From Candidatus Eiseniibacteriota bacterium (GTDB taxonomy: Bacteria > Eisenbacteria > RBG-16-71-46), in the NCBI GenBank assembly GCA_963744995.1, contig CAVUWA010000005.1, forward strand, positions 224,001-288,000: a stretch of DNA of 64,000 bases, given 5' to 3'. Position 1 is the first letter of the stretch. Each line of letters starts with the position of its first letter. Below, piece after piece: positions 1 to 10,400 of the stretch. Made by a program: the position numbers and the translations under genes. A model generated the notes under the pieces. That model was not told the DNA's origin, searched no databases, and saw nothing but the letters and a program-made list of their open reading frames with translations.

Positions 1-2
1 AG

Positions 3-1514
3 ACGCTGCTCACGTTCGAGTACCGCGGTGACCTTCCCTGGCGCCAACGCAGGTTCAGCGACGACTCCCGCACGCAGATCTGGCTTCGCAACATCACCAC
101 GAACCAGGGCCGGAGGCTCTACGAACATCCGCACTACACCGAAGCGCTGTGGCCCGTGGCATCGCCGGACGGAGCGAAGATTGCCATGTTCCGGGGAAAC
201 CTCCGCGGCCTATGGGTCATGGACACGTCGGGAGGCGAGCCACGCAAGATCCGGGAGGTGCCTGCGGGTGAGCAGATCCACAGTCTCATCTGGTCGCCGA
301 GCGGTTCCCGTGTCGCGTACGTCCGCTCTCTCGATGACGCGCCGGGCGGTCTGGCGAACATCGAGACCTGCGATCTCGAGGGGACGACGCACGTGATCCT
401 CGGGGGGCTGGCCGACCTCGATCCGGGGCAAAACTACGTCGCTCTCTGCTGGCTGCCGGACGGCCGTCTGATCTTCACCCGCTATGCGAACTTCCTCAGA
501 ACGAGGGCGGCGCTGTGGTCCATCCGTGTTGATCCGGCCACCGGCGTCAGGGACGGGGCGCCGGTGCAGCTCGCCGAGATGGACGGCGCGGCGCTCGGGC
601 AGCCCACGGCGTCCGCGGACGGCCGGCGGCTGGCCTTCTACCGGTGGCAGGCCAACCTGCGGCCCTCCCTGCTCGAGCTGGATGCGGACGGCGACAGCGT
701 CGGCGTCGGACGCTGGACCTCGCAGAACTGGCCCGCGATGCCCGGCGCATGGACGAGGCGCGGACGCAAGCTCTTCTTCAGCGTCGAGGCGTCGAACGGA
801 GATTGCGACATCTACGCCCAGGACATGGAGACGGGGCTCGCGGAGCCGGTCGCAGCGACACCGAAGCAGGACTACGTGGCCTGTCTGACGCCGGGAGGCT
901 CGGATCTTCTGTTCTGGCAGGGGAACCGACTCGAGCGGATGCCGCTGGACGGTGGCGGGACCGTGGAGATCTTCCGAAGCTCGACACCGGTGAACTTCCT
1001 TTGGGATGCCATCGAGAGGGTGATGTGCTCGAACGAGCCGGGCTCGCGTTGCGTCTTCAAGCGGGTCGAAGGGGACTCGACGGCTTTCTACGGGTTCGAT
1101 CCCCGCGACGGCTCCTTGCACGAGGAACTCGCCCGCGTCGGATTCCGCCTGCAGCCGCCGTCGGGCCGCTGCGACCTGTCTCCCGACGGCACGCGGATCG
1201 CGATCGTGGCGAAGGGGGCGCTCTGGATGCTGGAGCTCGACGATCAATCGATCCGGAAGATCGAGGCCGAGTGGCGGGGCGTCCCGGAGAGCGTCTCCTG
1301 GTCCGGAGACGGGACGTGGCTGTGCGTCGTCGGAGTGGCCGGCGAAGCCGGCAGCTGGGTGAGGCGAGTCGATCTCGATGGCCACTCGACCGTCCTGTGG
1401 CGATCCGACGAAGTTGGGGCCTTGCCCATCACTGTTCTCTCACCCGATGGATCCGGCGTGCCGCTGACCGTGGTCCACGGGGAGACCGATGTGTGGATGT
1501 TGGAGAACGATTGA
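3..1514 (+). CDS. TolB/PD40-like beta-propeller protein, 5'-partial (probably the C-terminus of a Ser/Thr kinase-propeller fusion)
   Basis: Frame open from base 3; repeated SPDG/WSPSG/WLPDG/LSPDG blades; ends DVWMLEND; resembles the propeller part of 53352..56033. Confidence 0.75.
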   Translation, partial: TLLTFEYRGDLPWRQRRFSDDSRTQIWLRNITTNQGRRLYEHPHYTEALWPVASPDGAKIAMFRGNLRGLWVMDTSGGEPRKIREVPAGEQIHSLIWSPSGSRVAYVRSLDDAPGGLANIETCDLEGTTHVILGGLADLDPGQNYVALCWLPDGRLIFTRYANFLRTRAALWSIRVDPATGVRDGAPVQLAEMDGAALGQPTASADGRRLAFYRWQANLRPSLLELDADGDSVGVGRWTSQNWPAMPGAWTRRGRKLFFSVEASNGDCDIYAQDMETGLAEPVAATPKQDYVACLTPGGSDLLFWQGNRLERMPLDGGGTVEIFRSSTPVNFLWDAIERVMCSNEPGSRCVFKRVEGDSTAFYGFDPRDGSLHEELARVGFRLQPPSGRCDLSPDGTRIAIVAKGALWMLELDDQSIRKIEAEWRGVPESVSWSGDGTWLCVVGVAGEAGSWVRRVDLDGHSTVLWRSDEVGALPITVLSPDGSGVPLTVVHGETDVWMLEND

Positions 1515-1604
1515 GCTTCCGAACCGCGGGCTCGCACTCGGTCTCAAAGTCCAGCCCAGCGACGCCCTGAGGTCCTCCGGGCCGCCTGCCACGCTCGTTT
1601 CCTC

Positions 1605-2351
1605 CTAGTGATACAGCGCCTTCACCCGCCCCCACGACATGCCGCTCACCGGCGTGCTCCCCATGGTGTAGACGGCGATGTTGTCGGCGCCCGCGAAGCG
1701 ATCGTTCGCAGAGGTCGCGAACACGTTGATACGGCCGATGTCGTCCCCACCCGTCGTCACGACGCCGACGATCGTCGTGGGATTCGTGAACCCCGCGACA
1801 GGAATGTCCTGCACCGAACCCAGCAGGGCGTTCGCCGAATCGTACACGCGGATGGTGGCCGTGCCTGCATTCCCGGTGCCGACCTGATCGAAGACGAGTG
1901 GCGTGAAGCTCACCGCTTGCGTCCCGGCAATGGCGAAGATCATGTCGAAGCTCGTGTCGATGTAGTCGCTGCTGACCTGATCGTCAGGGGTTCCCAGGAA
2001 ACCCGCGGATGCGGCAGCCAGGCCTCCTCCCGGCGAAAGGACCGTCGGATTCCCGCCGAGGGTGTTGGACTGGACCGTCATCCCGGTGGCGGGGTTGGTC
2101 CCGTTGGGAAACGGCCCGTTCGATACGCCGGGCTCGAGCGGGTCGTCGAAGTGGATCCCCTGGCCATCCGGCAGGGTGCTCGAGGACCAGTCCTCCATGC
2201 CCGCAAGGACGAGCCCGGACGTTGCGGCGTCGAAGCCGGCCTGGGTGTCGACGTAGAACATGACCCCGGCACGCGAAGGGCCCGGGACGAGCGTCAGGAT
2301 GGACAGTGTGGCGACTGCTGCGAGAGCGGTGCGTCGTAGCGGTGTGCGCAT
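1605..2351 (-). CDS. Secreted protein with C-terminal SWGRVKALYH tail
   Basis: GAGGAG SD before ATG 2351; signal peptide MRTPLRRTALAAVATLSILTLVPGPSRA; ends TPVSGMSWGRVKALYH. Confidence 0.8.
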   Translation of the reverse strand: MRTPLRRTALAAVATLSILTLVPGPSRAGVMFYVDTQAGFDAATSGLVLAGMEDWSSSTLPDGQGIHFDDPLEPGVSNGPFPNGTNPATGMTVQSNTLGGNPTVLSPGGGLAAASAGFLGTPDDQVSSDYIDTSFDMIFAIAGTQAVSFTPLVFDQVGTGNAGTATIRVYDSANALLGSVQDIPVAGFTNPTTIVGVVTTGGDDIGRINVFATSANDRFAGADNIAVYTMGSTPVSGMSWGRVKALYH

Positions 2352-2611
2352 GGCGTACTCCTCTGCCGGAGCCCTCGTCTGAGCGCTCCGCGGGACGAAG
2401 AGGCGGAATTGCCTCTCTCGTATGCGCATGCGCAAATCGTGATCGCGCTGTAACCTTCTCCTGCCCCATCCCTGCCCGGCATGCAGCGCCTGTCGAAAAA
2501 CTCTCTGGCGGAGACCGGCAAGCCTGATCTGGCCCCCGTGTCGGATTCCTCGTCGATGCCGCATCCACGACCGCTGTGCCTGCCGGCAGAAGAAGCGGCG
2601 GAACTCCACTC

Positions 2612-3730
2612 TCACGGAAGCAGGATGATCCTCCGTTCCTGCGCCCGATCCCGTTCCCGTGCGCGGATCATGTACACACCCGCTGCCACGCGTTGACCGC
2701 GATCATCGTTCCCATCCCAGGAGAACGCGTATCGACCGGCATCCCGCGGGCCGTCGGCGAGTGTGACCACCCGCCGTCCCGTCAGGTCGTACACATCGAC
2801 CCGCAACGCTTCGGAGACCGTAGGCACATCGACGGAGAGACTGGTCGAGGACCGGAACGGATTGGGGCTGGGAGGCGTCAGTGCGAACCGCGTCGGTGCT
2901 GACCCCGTGGGGACGTCCACGAGGTCAGACGGGTAATAGATCGCCGCGCTCGACGCGATGTTCAGGTCGTCCACTGAGTTGAACTGGAAACTGATGGCCA
3001 GTGGCCGCGGATCGTCCGTGTAGAAGAAGGGTGTCCCGTTCGCGATTCCGCCATAGTGGGCTCCTGCAGGCAGCGGCTCCTGCGAGAACACCGCGTCCAG
3101 ATCGGCGAGAATGTCGTTGGTCATGGTCGCGCTCGTGAACGAGGCGTTGCCGAACACGGAGAACCCGTCGATATCCACCCTCACCGTTAGATCGCCGATG
3201 CCGCCGGCGGGACTCGGCACACCGTTGATGTCCGAGAGGTAGATGATGACCACACCACCACCCGGGCAATAGGGGCACGGGGGCGGCACGGCACCTACCG
3301 GCAGGATAGGCGTCGTACCAGGTGGCAGCGGGCAGGGATTCGGGAGCTCCATCGACAACCCCAGGGCCCACGAGGCAGTGAAGGTGCCGCTCACCGCAGT
3401 GGCGACGGTCACGGTGTTTCCCGAGACGGTCGCGTCGTTCACGAATTCACCGAACAGATTCATCGTATTGCGCATCCCCGCGACCACGGTGCTGCCGCTG
3501 ATACCGGAGCCGAATTCTTCATCGTATGAGCTGGATTCCCCACTCGCCGTCGAAAGGTACCAACGCGCAGCTGAGGCGTAGCTGACGCTTCCAGACGGAG
3601 GAGTCGACGTGATCTTGACGCTGGGGTTGTCATTCGCAGAACTGCTGCTGGGAGCGCAGAGTGGGCCCACCAGCATGCCCATCACCAGCCAACGGGCGAG
3701 TCGGTCTGTCGTGCCGTTCGTGAATCTCAT
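2612..3730 (-). CDS. Secreted protein with C-terminal FlgD Ig-like (T9SS-CTD-like) domain
   Basis: GAGGGG SD before ATG 3730; hydrophobic N-terminus; C-terminal PSPNPF...VYDLTGRRV...WDGNDDRGQRVAAGVY. Confidence 0.8.
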   Translation of the reverse strand: MRFTNGTTDRLARWLVMGMLVGPLCAPSSSSANDNPSVKITSTPPSGSVSYASAARWYLSTASGESSSYDEEFGSGISGSTVVAGMRNTMNLFGEFVNDATVSGNTVTVATAVSGTFTASWALGLSMELPNPCPLPPGTTPILPVGAVPPPCPYCPGGGVVIIYLSDINGVPSPAGGIGDLTVRVDIDGFSVFGNASFTSATMTNDILADLDAVFSQEPLPAGAHYGGIANGTPFFYTDDPRPLAISFQFNSVDDLNIASSAAIYYPSDLVDVPTGSAPTRFALTPPSPNPFRSSTSLSVDVPTVSEALRVDVYDLTGRRVVTLADGPRDAGRYAFSWDGNDDRGQRVAAGVYMIRARERDRAQERRIILLP

Positions 3731-4331
3731 CTTTCCCCTCCTGGCTTGGTCCTGTGTGATCGCCAGAGTGACTCGTCTCCACTGCGCCGTGAGGCATCGC
3801 CCGGTCTGGACCCCCACCGTGCGGTGCGATGTCGGCCGCCGGCAGCTGCAATGCCGACCGACCTCCTGCGCCCGCCGGGGTGGTCTGCCGACTTCGAACA
3901 GCGAAGTCCCAACGATCGGTGAGCAGGGCCTCATGCACGCCAACTGCCCAATGGCGCGCGACGCTCAAGCCGAACAGGCCTTGGCCGACTCATGTCCCGC
4001 ACCGCTACTCGTTCATGCGAGATTCGGTACCTGTCTGTAACCCGGGGCAGAGCGAGGAGTGACTGGAAGCCGGCAGGTGCCGAGCAACAAGTCGTTCCCG
4101 GATCGGCAACTGCGTGCGAGCGAGTCGTTCGCACGGCATGTGCCTGTTCCGGGGGACGTGTTCTCCTCCTCGTTCGCTGCAGGCAGCCGGGACGCCGGAT
4201 GGATCACCAACGACGTCGGCGCGAGAGATCCCCGACGGCATTCCAGGAGCTGCCCGGGCTCGCACTTCCGTGCCCCGGTTTGCCCTTCATCTCCTGCAGG
4301 CGAGATCAACGGACCAACACGCAATAAAGAA

Positions 4332-4650
4332 ATGGCGGAGGAGGTCCGTCGCGGAGCGGTGGCCGCGTAACAGGTCACCCGATCGCGCGTTAGCCGTGAG
4401 CGGGTTCGATCGCGCGCATCCCTCAGGCAGGCGAAATCGATCGGCGCGCCGCGACCGATCGCATCTTCGAGCTCGCCTACGGCGAGTTGCGGCGTCTCGG
4501 ATCCCGCCTGATGCGTGCCGAGCGCTCCGATCACACCCGGCGCCCGACGGCGCTCGTCCACGAAGCCTGCGTGCGACTCGCCGACAGCCCGGCGATCGAC
4601 TGGCAGGGCCGGGCTCACTTCTTCGCGATCGCCGCAGGCGCCATTCGCGT
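4332..4650 (+). pseudogene. ECF sigma factor remnant (TIGR02999-like type)
   Basis: One frame gives AYGELRRLGSRLMRAERSDHTRRPTALVHEACVRL...WQGRAHFFAIAA; the upstream part has an in-frame TAA (4368-4370) and a frame change; the C-terminal half is absent. Confidence 0.7.
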
Positions 4651-4703
4651 GCCCTGCAGTGATGCAGCCGCTATACTGCCCCTCCGATCCGGGGGAGTCG
4701 CCA

Positions 4704-6146
4704 ATGGCCCATCTCCAGGAAGTGCGCGTGGGGGTACGCCCCCTCGAACAGTTCCGCTCACTCGTTCCCGCACGGCAGATGCGCAGCGCCATGAAGCTCG
4801 TGCTGCGCGTGCGGGACCGCTTTGCGAAGCGCGTGTTCTGGAACGTGAACTCGACGGCCGTGGGCGGAGGCGTCGCCGAGATGCTGCCCTCGCTGCTGGC
4901 CTACGCCCGCAGCATCGGCGTCGACACGCGCTGGCTGGTGATCGAGGGCGATCCCGAATTCTTCCACGTCACCAAGCGCATCCACCACGCGCTGCACGGC
5001 TCGGCGGGAGACGGCACGCCCCTGGACGAACACGCCCGGAAGGTCTACGAGAGGACGCTGCGCCGCAACGCTCCGGACCTGATCGCCCTCCTGCGTCCGG
5101 GTGACGTCGTGCTGCTCCACGACCCGCAGACCGTGGGCCTCGCGCAGGCCCTCCTCGACGCCGGCGCCCACGTGGTCTGGCGCTGCCACATCGGCATCGA
5201 CGAGCCCAACGACGAGGCCGCAGCCGGCTGGGAGTTCCTGCGCAGGTATCTGGAGCCCATCCCGCTCTACGTGTTCACACGCGAGACCTACGTGCCCGGC
5301 TTCTGCGACCATGGGAAGACGGTGGTGATCCGCCCGAGTATCGACGCCTTCTCGGCCAAGAACCAGGATCTCGACGAGACGGCCGTACGCACGATCCTGG
5401 TGCACACCGGGCTCGTGGAGGGCCCGCCACCGGCTCAGCCCGACCATGGCTTCCTGCGAGACGACGGATCCCCCGGGCGCGTGGAGCGTCGCGCCGAGGT
5501 GGTGCGTCTGGGGCGTCCGCCGAAGTGGGATACGCCGCTCATCGTACAGGTCTCGCGCTGGGATCCCCTCAAGGACATGAAGGGCGTGCTGCTCGGCTTT
5601 GCGAAGCTCTGCCAGTCGACCTGTCCTGTGCATCCCGAACTGGTGCTGGCCGGACCCAACGTGAAGGGTGTCACCGACGATCCGGAGGGCGCCTCCGTCT
5701 TCGCGGACGTCGAGGAAACCTGGCGCGCGCTGCCAGACGCGATTCGTGACCGCGCACACCTGGCATCGTTGCCCACCGACGACGTGCAGGAGAACGCGGC
5801 CATGGTGAATGCGCTTCAGCGCCACGCCACGGTGGTCGTCCAGAAGAGCCTGCGCGAGGGCTTCGGCCTCACGGTGACCGAGGCGATGTGGAAGGCTCGC
5901 CCGGTGGTAGCCAGTGCCGTGGGTGGCATCCGGGACCAGATCGAGGACGGTGTGAACGGCGTGCTGATCCACGACCCGCGTGACCTCGACGCCTTCGCCG
6001 CGCGGCTATGCGAGCTGATCTCCGATCCGGAGGCACTGACGCGTCTGGGTGCCGCCGCCCGGAAGCGGGCGCGCAGCGAATTCCTCGGCCTCGATCATCT
6101 GCTCCAGTACGCGAAGCTCATCGAGCGCATCGACGGCGATGGCTGA
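4704..6146 (+). CDS. treT: GT4 glycosyltransferase, trehalose synthase TreT-like
   Basis: NSTAVGGGVAEML, HDPQ, WRCHI, QVSRWDPLK, QKSLREGFGLTVTEAMWK; TATACT -10 and GGGGGAG SD upstream. Confidence 0.8.
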   Translation: MAHLQEVRVGVRPLEQFRSLVPARQMRSAMKLVLRVRDRFAKRVFWNVNSTAVGGGVAEMLPSLLAYARSIGVDTRWLVIEGDPEFFHVTKRIHHALHGSAGDGTPLDEHARKVYERTLRRNAPDLIALLRPGDVVLLHDPQTVGLAQALLDAGAHVVWRCHIGIDEPNDEAAAGWEFLRRYLEPIPLYVFTRETYVPGFCDHGKTVVIRPSIDAFSAKNQDLDETAVRTILVHTGLVEGPPPAQPDHGFLRDDGSPGRVERRAEVVRLGRPPKWDTPLIVQVSRWDPLKDMKGVLLGFAKLCQSTCPVHPELVLAGPNVKGVTDDPEGASVFADVEETWRALPDAIRDRAHLASLPTDDVQENAAMVNALQRHATVVVQKSLREGFGLTVTEAMWKARPVVASAVGGIRDQIEDGVNGVLIHDPRDLDAFAARLCELISDPEALTRLGAAARKRARSEFLGLDHLLQYAKLIERIDGDG

Positions 6147-6212
6147 ATCGAGCGGACGACGCGACGCCGCGCCTGCGCGCGCGGCACGGTGAGCGGGACG
6201 CCACGCGACACG

Positions 6213-6623
6213 TTACGGAATGACGAGATCGAGATTCAGCTGCCCCGGCGGTCCGTCTTCATCACATCCGCCGACGAACTCAACTTCGCCTTGCACGGTC
6301 GTGCCGGAACTCACCTCGGTCGCACGCACGCATCGGGGTCCTCTCGAATTACCGAGCCCCAGCTGGGCCGTGTAATCCCCGCTGGCGTCGGTGGTGACTC
6401 GCTTCGGGCGAGTCCAATCCTCGGCCCCGTCGCACGCCCCCTCCGCAGCCACCTCCACGTCGACTGCAGCGTCGGCGATGGCGGAACCAGACGCATCCAT
6501 CACGCGTCCCGAAACAACGGCGTGTGCTGTCCAGAGGTCGCACGGGCTGGTGGGATGCTTGGCGCACCCTGCAACGAACAGGCAAGTACTGAGGAGAGCA
6601 GCGCATACGCGAGTACAATGCAC
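6213..6623 (-). CDS. Small lipoprotein with carboxypeptidase-regulatory-like Ig fold
   Basis: AAGGAG SD then GTG; lipobox FVAGC; VSGRVMDASG...TTDASGDY. Confidence 0.65.
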   Translation of the reverse strand: MHCTRVCAALLSTCLFVAGCAKHPTSPCDLWTAHAVVSGRVMDASGSAIADAAVDVEVAAEGACDGAEDWTRPKRVTTDASGDYTAQLGLGNSRGPRCVRATEVSSGTTVQGEVEFVGGCDEDGPPGQLNLDLVIP

Positions 6624-6748
6624 GGCCTGCTCCTTTCTGTCTCCCGGCTCTTCTTCGAGGCCCGGCCTGCCGTCCCGTAGTCTAACCCACCTCGTCGGTC
6701 CGCAGCCCTGACCAATGATGATTTTGCGCACGGTGCATCACCGCAACA

Positions 6749-6849
6749 TGCTGCGAGCAGGGCTCGAACCTGCACGGAGTCCCCCTCATGGCTATTGAGA
6801 TCGAGCAGCAGGGCGGAGTGCCGGACTCACGCGGCTACCTTCGGCAACA
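6749..6849 (-). repeat. att-like copy A: tRNA-Leu 3' fragment plus shared arm
   Basis: 6749-6788 matches the tRNA at 33/40; 6823-6849 matches 7146-7172 at 24/27. Confidence 0.8.
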
Positions 6850-6867
6850 GGTGTGCACACTTGCCCG

Positions 6868-6966
6868 CGCGATGACCTTGGTCGAGTCACCCCGCCCGGC
6901 TTGTACTGGTATCAACTCGCCATCGGCGGCCGAACGGAGGTGAGACATCTGGTCGTAGCCCGATGA
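6868..6966 (+). pseudogene. Orphan C-terminal remnant of a FlgD-Ig-like secreted protein
   Basis: Translates RDDLGRVTPPGLYWYQLAIGGRTEVRHLVVAR*, same pattern as the tails of 2612..3730 and 7441..10548; no gene body upstream. Confidence 0.75.
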
Positions 6967-7068
6967 GCGCCGGGAGCATCGTCCGGCGGCCGTCTTGCTG
7001 GAATACGCCACGCCGGGCTTTCCGTCAGCGCCACGAAGAGCGTCAGACCGCGGCCTGTTGATTCTATG

Positions 7069-7172
7069 GGTGCCGGGAGCAGTGCTCGAACTTGCACGGG
7101 GTTTGACCCAGCGGGTTCCGAGGTCGAGACGGGGGACGGACTGAGGGACCCACGCGGCTACCATCAGCAACA
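7069..7172 (-). repeat. att-like copy B: tRNA-Leu 3' half plus shared arm
   Basis: 7069-7114 matches tRNA 12486-12531 at 41/46, ending in the anticodon stem, followed by an arm similar to copy A. Confidence 0.9.
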
Positions 7173-7440
7173 AGCGAGGGCGCGCCCGGGCCGCGGGCGC
7201 CCCAGTTTGTTCTTGCCGAGCGAGATGGCCGGAGCCGATAATTTCGTGGCGTTGTGGGATTTCGCGGTCCGTTGGGCCCGACCGGGACGATGGGCGCCGC
7301 CGGTCCGGACAGGGGCTCGCGTTCCCGTGCACGCCTCCCGGGATCCGCGCGGCTCCGGGTGACCGAAGCGCGTGCGGTTTCCTCCCCTGCGGAGAGGGTC
7401 GTGCGCACGGCTCCCGGCGCCACGACAGGGTGGATCCCAC

Positions 7441-10400
7441 GTGCGCAACTCGGCTGCATCGCCCGCTCGACGTCTCCCACGCTTCCGCTCCTCGCTCTTC
7501 GCTGCGCTGCTGCTGGCCTTGCTGCTGCCCGGATGGGGCGGCGCTCGGGCAGCGACGCCCGAGCGCGGCCAGGCCGACGCGACCCACGTGCCAGGTGAGC
7601 GGGTCAGCGCTTCGCGCAAGGCGGTCGTGAACTTCCGGGAGCTGGCGCGGCGAGAAGCCCTCGGGCTCGTCCACAGGCCGCCGGTGCGCGCAAGGCTGCT
7701 CCCCGAGCTCTTCGAGGAGGAGGAAGGCGAGCCCGGAGCCGCGGTGACCGGCGCCCCGGCGCAGGCGCCGCTCCTGCCCGCGTCGCCGATGGCCGTCCAG
7801 CTCGCGTCGCCGGCGCCGAGCGCCAGCTTCATGGGACTCGACGACATCCCGATGGTGGACTCGAGCTACATCGTGATCCCACCCGACGTGGGCGGCGCGG
7901 TCGGGCAGACGAAGATCCTCGAGGGTCTCAACAACAACTATCGGGCCCTCGACAAGGCAACCGGCGCGACGCTGAGCACCGTCGGCACCGCCACGTTCTG
8001 GGCCGCGACGGGTGCGCCGCTCGACGCGCTGACCGATCCGCGCACGGTGTACGACCCTTACAACGACCGCTGGATCGCGGTGATGCAGACATTCGAGAGC
8101 AGCGCCAGCATCCTCGTGGGCGTCTCGCAGACGAGCGACCCGGAGGGCGCCTGGTACCTGTACCGCTTCGACACAGGCGTCTCGATCGACTTCCCGAACC
8201 TGGGTTTCAACAAGAACTGGATCGTGGTCTCGATCAACCGCTACAGCCCGGGCGGCACGTTCCAGCGCGGTATCACCCTGGTCGTGGACTACCCGCAGGC
8301 ACGCGCCGGCACCGGCGTCGGCACGATCTTCACGCAGTCCGCCAACTCGCACTTCTGCAGCTCGCCGTGCGTCACCTATTCCGCCACGGCGGACACCGAG
8401 TACGTCGTGACGCACCTGAGCAGCGCGAACGCGACCTACGTGCTCGACTACATCACCGGCACGCCCTCGTCGCCGACCTACGTCTCCGGTACCAGCGCCC
8501 TCACGCGCCCCGGTGGTGGCTGGGTGCAGCCGTCCGGGAACCTGCTGCCGCAGTCCGCTCCCGTCGCGGGTTCCAGCGCCTGTGGCGCGACGCCATGCCC
8601 GATCGAGGTGCAGGACGCGCAGGTCCGTTCCGCGCCCGCCTATCGCGACGGCTCGATCTGGTACGCGCAGACCATCGGACTGCCTTCGTCGGGGCTCACG
8701 CACACGGGCGTGCAATGGTCGCGCATCCGCGCGACGGACGGCGCGTTCCTGGAGGGAGGCAGGCTCGAGGATCCGACCGCCACTGCGAGCAACGGCGGGG
8801 CGTGGTACGCCTACCCGCACCTGGCCACGAACGCCGCGGGCGACTTCGTCCTCGGCTTCTCGCGCTTCTCGTCGGCCGACCACCCGTCCGCCGGATACGC
8901 CGTTCACCGCGCGTCCGACGGCAGCGGGTCGCTGCGCGACGCCTATGTATTCCACGCGGGCGAAGACTACTACCACAAGACCTTTACCACGGCGGCGGGC
9001 CGCAACCGCTGGGGCGACTTCAGCACGGCCGCGGTGGACCCCGACGACGTCGGGCTGTGGACGGTCCAGGAATACGCGAAGGCGCGTGTCGGCACGGACG
9101 ACGGCAACGGTGGTGCGAACGGGAGCCGCTGGAGCACCTGGTGGGCCGGCATCGACGTGACGGCACCGACACCCGTCGTGACCCTCGACCCGGGACCGGC
9201 GGCCCCCGAGGGCGACTCGGGCGTGACGCCGTTTACTTTCACCGTCCGGCTCTCGGCCGCCTCGGCGCTGCCCGTGGACGTCACGTTCCACACCGTGGAC
9301 AGCACCGCCACGGTGGCGGACGGCGACTACATGACCCTCGACAGCACGATCACGATCCCCGCCGGCCAGCTGACGGGGAGCTTCGGCGTGCGCGTCCTCG
9401 GCGATACGTTGTGCGAGCCGGACGAGGTGTTCGGCGCCGTGCTGGCCTCGGCGCACAACGCCGTCGTCGGCACCGACTTCCGCGCGGACGCCACGATCCT
9501 CGCGGACGACTCGAAGACGATCGAGGCCACCGCCGGGACGGGAGGGAACATCAGCCCGTCCGGCACGGTGAGCGTCGCGTGCTTCGACTCGGTCCAGTTC
9601 CAGATCACCCCGGACTCCGGCTTCCAGATCGCGGACGTGCTCGTGAACGGAGGCTCGGTCGGGCCGGTGCCCGCCTACACGTTCACGAACGTGACGACGA
9701 GCGGGACGATCCACGCCACGTTCTCGCCGGTCCTCTACACGCTCACCCTGACGAGCCTCGGCGTCGGGAGCCTCACGAAGGCCCCGGACCAGCCCGACTA
9801 CGCGTCGGGTTCGCTCGTGGACGTCACGGCGACACCGGGCGCCGGGTTCGCGTTCGTCGGCTGGAGCGGGGACACGACGGGCAACGACAACCCGCTCACC
9901 GTCCTCATGAACGGGAACAAGAACATCACGGGTCAGTTCGACGACGTCGCGGCTCCTGCCGTGACGGTGCTGTCGCCGAACGGCGGCGAGTCGTTCCCCG
10001 TGGGCTCGATGCAGAGCCTCCAGTGGAACGCGCTCGACAACCAGGTCGTGGCGCGCGTCACCCTGGCGCTCTCGCGCTCGGGACCCGGCGGGCCGTTCGA
10101 CACGCTGGCGGCCGACGTGCCCAACACGGGCCAGTGGGACTGGACCGTCACCGGGTCGGTGACTGCGCAGGCACTCTTACAGGTGACGGCCCGCGACAGC
10201 GCCGGCAACGCCGCCGCAGACACCAGCGATTCGTCGTTCGCAATCAGTACGGTCACCGCCGTAGACGCCACGCCGGTGACGCGGATCGAGCTTTCACCCG
10301 TCGCGCCCAATCCGGTCGTCTCGAGCGGCGCCATCGCGTTCGCGCTGCCCTTTGCCATGCATATCCGCCTGGAGGTGCTCGATGTGCAGGGGCGCCAGGT

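Noticed and set aside
1515..1575. Possible fourth, highly decayed att copy (gggctcgcac...cccagcg...gaggtc)
   Set aside because: Only short scattered matches with inconsistent spacing; not distinguishable from chance in GC-rich DNA by eye.
2423..2434. Perfect 12-bp palindrome TGCGCATGCGCA upstream of 1605..2351
   Set aside because: Single occurrence of low complexity with no matching regulator or second site.
3933..3950. Sigma54-like GG-N10-GC upstream of 2612..3730
   Set aside because: Flanking consensus is poor (GGCAG, GTGC); too weak to call.
3731..4331. Short ORFs and a possible decayed gene in the intergenic region
   Set aside because: No recognisable motif or consistent frame.
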